NCBI GenBank assembly: GCA_951406725.2
Contig: OX597830.1
Coordinates: 19,406,001 to 19,470,000 of the forward strand
From: Octopus vulgaris
Lineage: Eukaryota
Length of the DNA: 64,000 nucleotides
Direction: 5' to 3'
Shown here: in pieces, positions 53,823 through 64,000 of the stretch
Layout: each line of letters starts with the position of its first letter
Numbering within the stretch: position 1 is the stretch's first letter
Position numbers and translations under genes: made by a program
Notes under the pieces: generated by a model
The model's input: the letters and a program-made list of their open reading frames with translations, nothing else
What the model was told of the DNA's origin: nothing
Databases searched by the model: none

Positions 53823-54417
53823 TGAGCACACAAACACTTGCATGTATGTAAAGATTTCATTCGGGTGTTAAATTTTATGCATAACTTTGAATTTTGATCG
53901 TCTCAATGACACCCCATGAATCAATAACTGCATATATCATTGCATAACATAGTCATACACATGAGATCAGTTTTGATGAAACAATTGTAAATTAAGGTAA
54001 TAAAAGAACTTGCTCACTCCATTTTCCTTGGTTATAATTGTACATACATACATACATGTAAGTATGTATGTATGTACAATTATAACCACCAGAAAGTGCA
54101 CATAGCATATGTTAAGTAATGCATACTCACACACATCCATATTCATACACGCATTCACATACAAAGATAATACATGTACACATACATAATACACGTACAA
54201 GTTCAAACATTGTTTGTGTGTATGAGAGGTATGGTATTCAGGAGACCCAAGATGGCAGGTAAGGCTATGGAAGGACCGTAATTAGACTTTTGGTTTGATA
54301 ATAATACAAGTGAGCAGTCTAATGCAGGTCTTGTGTGAGCATGTATATGTTAAATAAAGTGAGACAAGAAAACCAAGGCTGTGCGGAGTTTATAGGACAT
54401 TTATAAATAGAAAGCTA

Positions 54418-54465
54418 GTCTTACAGCTGTTTCTGGGATATTAGAGATATCCCTTCATCAGAAAT
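54418..54465 (-). ncRNA. Minimal type I hammerhead ribozyme, intact core
   Basis: Minus strand: uuu-CUGAUGA-A-GGGAUAU cucua AUAUCCC-A-GAAAC-AGCU-GUA-aga; 7-bp stem II, palindromic loop 3. Confidence 0.8.
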
Positions 54466-54514
54466 GATATGAGAGATCTAACTAGAGTTTCCCTCTAGTT
54501 ACCTCTCTCATATT

Positions 54515-54561
54515 GTCTCTGATAAGGGCTATCCCTAACATCCCAGAAACAGCTGTGAGAC
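54515..54561 (+). ncRNA. Hammerhead motif, doubly inactivated (G8 lost, GUG triplet)
   Basis: gtct-CTGAT-A-A-GGG...CCC-A-GAAAC-AGCT-GTG-agac; mirror of 54418-54465. Confidence 0.65.
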
Positions 54562-54879
54562 TACCTTTCTATTTATAAATGTCCTATAAATTCCACATAG
54601 CCTTTGTTTTCTTGTCTCATTTTATTTTCTTGTCTCATTTTATTTAATATACATATATATTTATACACGCATGCATACACCACATACATATATATGTTTT
54701 AACCATTACAAGTTTTACTCTTTTGACTGTGGCCAAATTAACCCTGGAGTATTTTTTTAAAGTCTGGTATTTGTTTTACTGCTTGCCTGATAAGCAAACC
54801 AATAACAGTTGTCTAGCAGGAGAGGGGAACCAACATGAAAACAAGCACAAACAGACATACAAACAGACATACATACATG

Positions 54880-54938
<59 letters not shown>

Positions 54939-54940
<2 letters not shown>

Positions 54941-55227
54941 GGAGTAAACACATAAATGTGAAACAAGGTGGGAAAAAGAGTACTCAAATACCAGTGGTAG
55001 AGTAATATGCTTCATTACTTTTTTGACCTTTTTGTTTATCGCTCGAAGATTGACCGTTTTTCTAAAGGGCCAATCAAACAAGTCCATTTTTTTTAAAGGT
55101 GTAGCGTTTGTAAGAGTCTAGATTGAATTGATATATCGGTTCCATTCTAGCATAAACTGTCTGATGAACGGCAACGAGAAACTCAGAGTAACAGATTTTG
55201 TTGAATTTTCTGCTGCCTAAAATAAAG

Positions 55228-55230
<3 letters not shown>
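54939..55230 (+). mobile_element. Short PLE-derived element with hammerhead between (TA)n tracts
   Basis: Hammerhead at 55157-55194 followed by AATAAA and (TA)n. Confidence 0.6.
55157..55194 (+). ncRNA. Minimal type I hammerhead ribozyme, intact core, sense to gene B intron
   Basis: CTGT-CTGATGA-A-CG gcaa CG-A-GAAAC-TCAGA-GTA-ACAG; perfect stem I, 2-bp stem II capped by a GNRA loop. Confidence 0.75.
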
Positions 55231-55260
<30 letters not shown>

Positions 55261-56339
55261 ATATATATATATATATATGTATATAGATCAATAAATGGTG
55301 GGGTTGTGTTGACCGCATATATATGTATATGTAAAAAAAAACTGGGACAAGAACGCAAAACATTTAGAAGACGATATAAAAAACACGGACGGGACATTCG
55401 AAGCCTTCAATCTTCAGTCAAGAACCGGATCATCCTCGCAATTTCGGCTGATTAATCTTGAGATCGCTCCGATTCGGCCAGCCCCAAGGAAGAACTGAGC
55501 TACGAACATTGGAACATTTTATAAACAAATCTTAGAAGCACCGATTGTGTTGATATTTTACGAACAAGAAAGTGAAAACAGCTGAAAAAGACTGGGTTTT
55601 ACTCTTAGAAGATGGTAAAGATTCCCTGTAGGCAGCTACCATGAATCAAACTCTATACCTCTCAGATACCCACTGAGTGCTCTGTATCATTAATTTTATG
55701 TTAAATAATAGCTTTTTGGAATGTGGGAACATTTTATAATCATACATACATACACACATACATACATAGATACATACACACATACATACACACATACATA
55801 CATACATACATACATACATACATACACACATACATACATATATATATGCATGTATGTAAATGCATATATATATATATATATATACATACATGTATATATA
55901 TAACGTACATATATATATATTATGTACATATATATATATATTATGCATATGTGTGTGTGTGTATGTGGATGTGTAATGGCCCAGTGATTAGGGCAGTGGA
56001 CTCGCGGTCGTAGGATAGTGGTTTCAATTCCCAGACCGGGCGTTGTGAGTGTTTATTGAGCGAAAACACCTAAAGCTTCACGAGGCTCAAGAAGGGGGCG
56101 GTGGCGATCCTTGCTGTACTCCTTCGCCGCAACTTTCTCTCACTCTTTCTTCTGTTGGCCTGCTCTCTTAGCCAGCGGGGTGGCGTCATTTGAAGGCTAA
56201 AACACGATGGCATACAAATATATCTATATAATGTCAATGAATTTACATTAGTGCATATATGATACACATTCAGATGAGCACAGACACACACATACACATA
56301 CAAATAATACTCTTACATGGTCACATATGCTTGTGTAGG

Positions 56340-56383
<44 letters not shown>

Positions 56384-56453
56384 CACATATATATATAGAT
56401 AGATATATACATACATACGCACATGTATATGTGTGTGTATGTATATATGTGTG

Positions 56454-56487
<34 letters not shown>

Positions 56488-57558
56488 CTAGCTTAAGGTG
56501 ACCCGCTCTACGGGCGGGTGAGGTTGTGATTGTTACTTTCTGTTTCTTATCGCCACATTCTCCCTCTTTGTTTCTCTATCCTTTCTCATTTTACCACTCT
56601 CTTACTCTTCCTTTCGGACTTTCCCCCGTTTTCTCTTACTCTTTCTCTTTCTCTATCTATCTCTCTGCCATTTATAAAAAAAAATTAGATTTCTGCGTTT
56701 AAATTACAAATCCGCTTCCACTTTACCATGTTGAAAATTTGATTGAAATCGGTCAAAATGTGTCCGATCTAAACCACCAAGTGTCCCCCAAAATCAATAA
56801 AATACCAGTTTTCACACCAAAGTAACCACTGTAGCGCCACAAACGTCTCCCAATCAATTTCCCCCCTCAAGTTACTCCCTCCTGTAAATTTGAATCCCCT
56901 TCCAGCCCCATTTAGACCCCATTTTACATAAAAATCCAATTCGAATCAACGTTCGCATTCTTCATTTCATAGATAGGATTAGATGCCAATCGCACCAATC
57001 TGGAGGGGCTTAGAACCCCCTTGAATCTTCTCACCATAGCAGCCGCCTCTTTCCAGATGGTGAGTTTTAACCAACTCAACTCTCTGCCTCATCACGCCTT
57101 CTATGCCTGTGTCAATTTTCAGCTCGATCTGACCACTGGTGTGGCCGCCAAGCTCTGACGTAGCAAAACGTGCACACAATTATGAATGCAGACAGACGTA
57201 CAGAGAGAGAGGGGCGGTGAGGGAAAGAGTGACAGCGCTGGCGAATGCGGCGGGGAAAGATAGCAGTATCTGTCAAATGTCGTTATAGAGAGAAAGTGAA
57301 AGGAAGGGAGGAAAAAGAGATAGACAGAGGAAGACATGCAGATAAGAGAATGAGAGGAGACTTGTCAACGTGTGCGTTTTTGCCCTAGTAACCACACCTT
57401 TTGAGATAGGGATTTCTAATCTAGCCCACTCACATCCTCACCTCATTTTACATGTCCCTGTAAATTTTGGCGTCAATCCGACGGGATCTAGTGGCCTTTA
57501 ACCCGTTCCAATGCCAAAACCAGACAAACTTTTCGCATTTCAGATTTATAGATATTGA
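56488..57558 (-). mobile_element. Non-autonomous Helitron-like element
   Basis: CTAG at 56488-56491 next to hairpin acccgctc-tac-gggcgggt; far end reads tcaatatctataaatctgaaat on the minus strand; inserted in (AT)n. Confidence 0.72.
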
Positions 57559-57911
57559 TATATATATTGAGACCCCCTTCGGCCATGACACAGACCATGC
57601 GATTGCACCTAGAACTTTACCCTCCCAGGAAAAAGTCCAGACAAGGTTGTTTATGGAAGACCAGTAATCACCCATGCATACCGGCCTCCCCTCTCCACAC
57701 CACCAGTGTTATCCAAGGGAAAGGCAAAGGCCGATACAGCTGGTGAAAGATGAGTATTATTTAATAAACACAGTATGTATTTTTATGAGCTACTAATAGT
57801 TTTATGCAATGAAAGCCACTCAGACAGCATTTTATAACATGTCTGGTGCCTTTTTGCTACCTTCAAGCTTTGTTCACATGGTATATACAAGCTAAAATAC
57901 TGTGTCCATTA

Positions 57912-57985
<74 letters not shown>

Positions 57986-58060
57986 GGTGGTGCCCCAGCA
58001 TGGCCACTGCTCATGAGCTGAAACGGTTTCATTTCAACTCAGCTCATATACACACACACA

Positions 58061-58270
58061 CGAAAGGGTGCTGAAAAGTTCATGGCTTTAAGGGCATTTG
58101 AAAAGGCCTGATTGTAGACCCAACCTTCTGAGTTATTTTACAGAGTTTAGAAAAACAGAAAGACTTACTGCAATAAGTGCGTAAATCTGAAAGAGAAATA
58201 TGTTGAATAAAATCATAATTAACCATCCTCCTAGACTTCCTTTCAGCCAGGAACCTTTTAGCACTCCTTT
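58061..58270. mobile_element. Mariner-type MITE
   Basis: TIR-like ends cgaaagggtgctgaaaagttcatggct / agccaggaaccttttagcactcctt. Confidence 0.6.
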
Positions 58271-58529
58271 AATGTATGGCAAAGATGCATACATACTTCA
58301 AATATTGCGTATATCCCCTAAATTGTATATAACAAACACACCCCATTACAAGCAGTCTGTAATCCTTAATTATTTTAAAATGGCGTAGGAGTGGCTGTGT
58401 GGTAAGTAGCTTGCTTACGAACCACATGGTTCCAGGTTCAGTTCCACTGCGTGGCACCTTCTACTATAGCCTCAGGCTGACCAAAGCCTTGTGAGTGGAT
58501 TTGGTAGACGGAATCTGAAAGAAGCCCGT

Positions 58530-58586
<57 letters not shown>

Positions 58587-58590
<4 letters not shown>

Positions 58591-59371
58591 GAAAGAATGG
58601 AGTCGAACGAAGATGTTAACAAAATTCCTTTACTCTCGACACATGTTTCGAAGACAGCATGTTTTCATTCCAAAGGAATAAAGGGTGCATTATACAATCT
58701 TCTCATCAGGAAAGAAAAGGAGCCTCTCTCGACAACAAGACAAACAAAAATTTCGATGATTGCCTACATGGTAAACAAAGCGATAATAAGTGTTTTTTTA
58801 AAAAAACGACATAGTACAGGCTAAGTAAATTAGTTTGGCGTCTTAAAGACAACTATATAATTTTCAAGTTAGATTGGTTCATACTGTCTGTATCCTTTCC
58901 CTTTGATAAGGGCAGGAGATTTTGTAACATTTGTAACTCTGAACTCTTCCATATTCTTTTCTCTAAGGTTCCCCTAGTAAACACACTCATAGAAAAATCA
59001 TACAAATGTAAACACTGGCAGAAACACACTTTCTACTCATATAAATGATAACGATAGTCACTGTGGTTTGAACAATTAGCTTTACGTCCACCCCACTTCT
59101 ATAGAGAAATTCTTTCCTAAGCCTTCGAACATTCTTTCAATCAACGTACCCTTCCTTCTCCACTTGTTCCCTACCTATTATTACTTTATCCCTTCTCTTC
59201 CTATGATCTATTTTTGACGTCAATTCTTCTAACGGTTATTTTAAAAAAAAACTCATTATCGCTTTATTTACCATGTAGGCAATCATCGAAATTTTTGTTT
59301 GTCTTGTTGTCGAGAGAGGCTCCCTTTCTTTCCTGATGAGAAGATTGCATAATGCACCCTTTAATCCTTTG
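58587..59371 (-). mobile_element. PLE-derived element with hammerhead and inverted partial repeat, nested in a SINE
   Basis: About 58672-58808 inverted at 59240-59371; hammerhead at 58633-58714. Confidence 0.8.
58633..58714 (-). ncRNA. Minimal type I hammerhead ribozyme, intact core
   Basis: Minus strand: CUUUC-CUGAUGA-GAAGA...UCUUC-GAAAC-AUGU-GUC-GAGAG; GUC cleavage triplet. Confidence 0.82.
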
Positions 59372-59981
59372 TATGTATGTATGTATGTATGTATGTATAT
59401 ATGTATGTATGTATGTATGTATGTGTGTATGTATATGTTTGTGTGTCTGTGCTTGTCCCCCAACATTGCTTGACAACCGATGCTGGTGTGTTTACGTCCC
59501 CGTAAACTAGCGGTTCGGCAAAGGAGACCAACAGAATACATACTAGGCTTACAAAGAATAAGTCCTGGGTTTAATTTGCTTGACGAAAGGTGGTACTCCA
59601 GCATGGCCACAGTCAAATGACTGAAACAAGTAAAAGAGTAAGAGTACATTAAAAACATTTTTATTTGTTTTATTGTTGAAATTACTGAATTTTTTTTTCA
59701 TATCTTTTACTTTAGAAACTTTTTTTATCAGTTTCAAATTGTTTTCAATTTTTCAAAAAAATTATTTTACATACTTATCTAGATATTTTTTTTAGCAGTT
59801 ATTCAATTTTGATTATAATTTCATTCCCCACTCTACTACCATTGCCATCACCATCACCAGTATCCCCCACCTCCCCCTCCACCAGTTCAGCTACCACTGC
59901 CACCATCACTACCACTAGTCCCATTGTTGTCAATCTCCATTACTATCAATAAAATGCTTTCTTTGTTTTGTTTTTGTCCAG

Positions 59982-60107
59982 TTCTGATCACAGCAATCAA
60001 CTGTTATAGCACTGATTTCGCAGCAAACATTCAGGTGGTTTTTACAATAGCTAAAATCACAGCCCTCCTCATCATCATCATTGGTGGTTTTGTAATGATG
60101 GGAAAAG
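59982..60107 (+). CDS. SLC7A9: SLC7A9-like transporter gene B, coding exon 4 (126 nt); gene continues past the window
   Basis: tgtccag acceptor, gtaatt donor; (I)LITAINCYSTDFAANIQVVFTIAKITALLIIIIGGFVMMGK(G) with the conserved TM5 lysine. Confidence 0.93.
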
Positions 60108-60206
60108 GTAATTATAAGCAAAAATTTTGTCTTTTTTGTTTTCATTTTTATTGTATGCATGTATGCTTCTGCAAGACTACATTCACAAAGCTTAAATACA
60201 TAAGGG

Positions 60207-60242
<36 letters not shown>

Positions 60243-60246
60243 TTAT

Positions 60247-60413
60247 ACAGGAGTGACTGTGTGGTGAGAAATTTGCTTGGTTCTGGGTTCGGTCCCACTG
60301 CATGGTACCTTGGGCAAGTGCTTTCTACTCTAGCCTTGGACCAACCAAAGCTTTGTAAATGGATTTCATAGATAGAAACTGAAAGAAGCCCGTTGTACGT
60401 GTGTGTGTGTATA

Positions 60414-60493
<80 letters not shown>

Positions 60494-60701
60494 TGTATGA
60501 CTGTATCTATGTGTCTGTGTTTGTCCCTCCACAATCGCTTGACACCTATGTTGGTGTGTTTATTTCCTCATAGTAGTTTGGCAAAGGAGACCAACAGAAT
60601 ACATACTAGGCTTACAAAGAATAAGTCTTGGGAACAATTTGTTTGACAAATGGCAGTGCTCCAGTATGGCTGCAGTCAAATGACTGAAACAAGCAAAAGA
60701 A
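60247..60701 (+). mobile_element. SINE family 1
   Basis: Head, central microsatellite and tail all present. Confidence 0.85.
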
Positions 60702-60810
60702 TATATAATATATATATATTATATATATATATATATAATAATATGAGGGGATATTATTCCAAACTTACAGGGAAAATTTCAATTTAGAAATACAAAATCA
60801 AATTTCACAA

Positions 60811-62326
<1,516 letters not shown>

Positions 62327-62349
62327 ACACACACACACATATATATATA

Positions 62350-63338
62350 TGGTAACACACACAGAAGAAGCCCCCCAAAGGCTCATTAACTGTTTTGAGC
62401 AAGCATGTAACGACTTTGGCTTAGCTATCAGCCTTAAGAAGACCAACATCATGGGCCAGGCTACATCGGACATCCCAAACATACATATTGGAGACCACAG
62501 ATTACAAGAGGTGGAGAAGTTTACCTATCTGGGCTCTACCGTCACCTACAACCTATCCCTTCACGCTGAGCTCAATATACGCATTGGCAAGGCAGCTGCT
62601 GCGATGGCCCAACTCTCCAAACGGGCTTGGGACAACAATAAGCTGACCAAGACCATGAAAATGAAGATCTACCAGGCATGTGTACTCAGCACTCTACTGT
62701 ATGGAAGTGAGACCTGGACGCTATACACACGCCAAGAGCGTCGCCTAAACATCTTTCACCTGCGCTGCCTCCGAAAAATCCTCCGCATCAAATGGCAGAA
62801 TCATATCCCCAACAAAGATGTCCTCAGGCAAGCAGAAATACCAAGCATGTTTGCACTCCTCACACAAAGACGTATGAGATGGCTTGGGCATGTTAGCCGT
62901 ATGAAAGATGGCAGAATCCCCAAGGACATACTCTACGGGGAGCTTGCTAGGGGTACTAGGTCTGTGGGTAGACCGATCTTACGTTACAAGTATGTTTGCA
63001 AAAGGGACATGAAGGCCTGCAACATCAATATTATCGTTTGGGAGGCAGCTGCCGACAACCGTGGAGAATTGCGACGTACAGTAAAAGAGGGAATACAAAG
63101 GAGTGACACAGAGAGAGAGGAGAAATGGAAAGAAAGGAAGAGACGTAAACAAGAGACTATGGCACTACAACCAGCCAGGAACAGTCTTCGCTACATTTGC
63201 TTTACCTGTCAGAGGGAGTGTTTGTCCAGGATAGGACTACACAGCCACAGCAGGAAATGTACCAGGACGTGAAATATAAGGGCCGGACTGGACTACTTCA
63301 TGCGCAACTCTCCCGAGACAGAAAGGATGCCAATGCTA
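62350..63338 (+). mobile_element. RTE/BovB LINE, 5'-truncated, uninterrupted C-terminal ORF
   Basis: FGLAISLKKT..FTYLGS..LLYGSETW..RWLGHVSRMKDGRIPKDILYGEL..CFTCQRECLSRIGLHSH; stop at 63272. Confidence 0.93.
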
Positions 63339-63358
63339 TATATATATATATGAATAAA

Positions 63359-63415
<57 letters not shown>

Positions 63416-63711
63416 CCAATCGGAATGGCTTTAATATATGTGTATATATCATGATGATGATATATACACATATATTAAAGTAAAAAACGCAACAAAAGAC
63501 AAGAGCAACAAAAGTGTCATTATTTAAAACTTGAATAATATTTTGTGTGCATCAGAAGGCTCATTAGGACATTGGACAAATACCTTGTGGTACCTAGTCA
63601 CACCTGTTTGATGGGTTCACTATCTGATGAAGTTAACCCATCTCTGATCTCGAGAAAATAAGCAGAACCAGCTAGTGGAATTTTCATAGACAGAAACGGC
63701 ATGAAAACTTA

Positions 63712-63779
<68 letters not shown>

Positions 63780-64000
63780 TCACACAGTTAAACACATGTT
63801 TTTTCTCTATACTGGCATTGGTTGGGTAGGTCTTCTTGAGCACATTTGTTGCATTTCTTTATCTCCTTTGTTAGAAACTTGGTAACATCTTGCTTGCCCA
63901 AATGCAGTCGGTTGAAAACTGCATTCTGGATACCAGTAGGCTTCAGGGGTTCTTCAAGAGTCAATGCACACCTTATCAGAGCTTCCCTGTCATATATAGT

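Larger units (their letters stand above)
54341..54654. mobile_element. About 310-bp palindrome of two hammerhead-bearing arms
   Basis: Centre actagag-tttcc-ctctagt near 54490; arms complementary along their length. Confidence 0.85.
58382..59645 (+). mobile_element. SINE family 1 split by an insertion in its central microsatellite
   Basis: 5' half 58382-58530, 3' half about 59372-59645. Confidence 0.85.

Noticed and set aside
55390-55490. Possible type II hammerhead (GAAA before CUGAAGA on the minus strand); similar arrangement at 4060-4145 on plus
   Set aside because: I could not build consistent stems I and III around a valid cleavage triplet
63620-63705. CTGATGA...GAAAC hammerhead-like spacing
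   Set aside because: Stem II and cleavage triplet are not supported; at best a heavily decayed copy

Overview
AT-rich, microsatellite-dense animal genomic DNA; the SINE/LINE repertoire suggests an octopus or other coleoid cephalopod (inferred, not proven). Host genes: two same-strand (+) partial SLC7 amino-acid transporter light-chain genes resembling SLC7A9/b(0,+)AT. Gene A shows its last four coding exons (2018-2114, 8614-8763, 11111-11279, 12112-12200 stop). Gene B shows its first four coding exons (ATG 40828-40906, 42733-42834, 53024-53266, 59982-60107) and runs out of the window. All splice sites are GT-AG with consistent phases. The rest is mostly transposon debris: RTE, CR1, Tx1 and CRE LINE fragments, three SINE families, Tc1/mariner, pogo, piggyBac and hAT MITEs, two non-autonomous Helitrons, and many Penelope-like (PLE) elements. 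The main non-obvious signal is about 16 intact, mutated or partial minimal type I hammerhead ribozyme motifs from several distinct sequence families. They sit in inverted-repeat PLE derivatives, mostly inserted into (TA)n tracts, many inside the transporter introns. Intact intronic cores are mostly antisense, with one intact sense-strand copy. A tandemly repeated H-type pseudoknot-like module in the RTE 3' UTR is a second candidate RNA element. Most ORFs in the supplied track are microsatellite or repeat artefacts.
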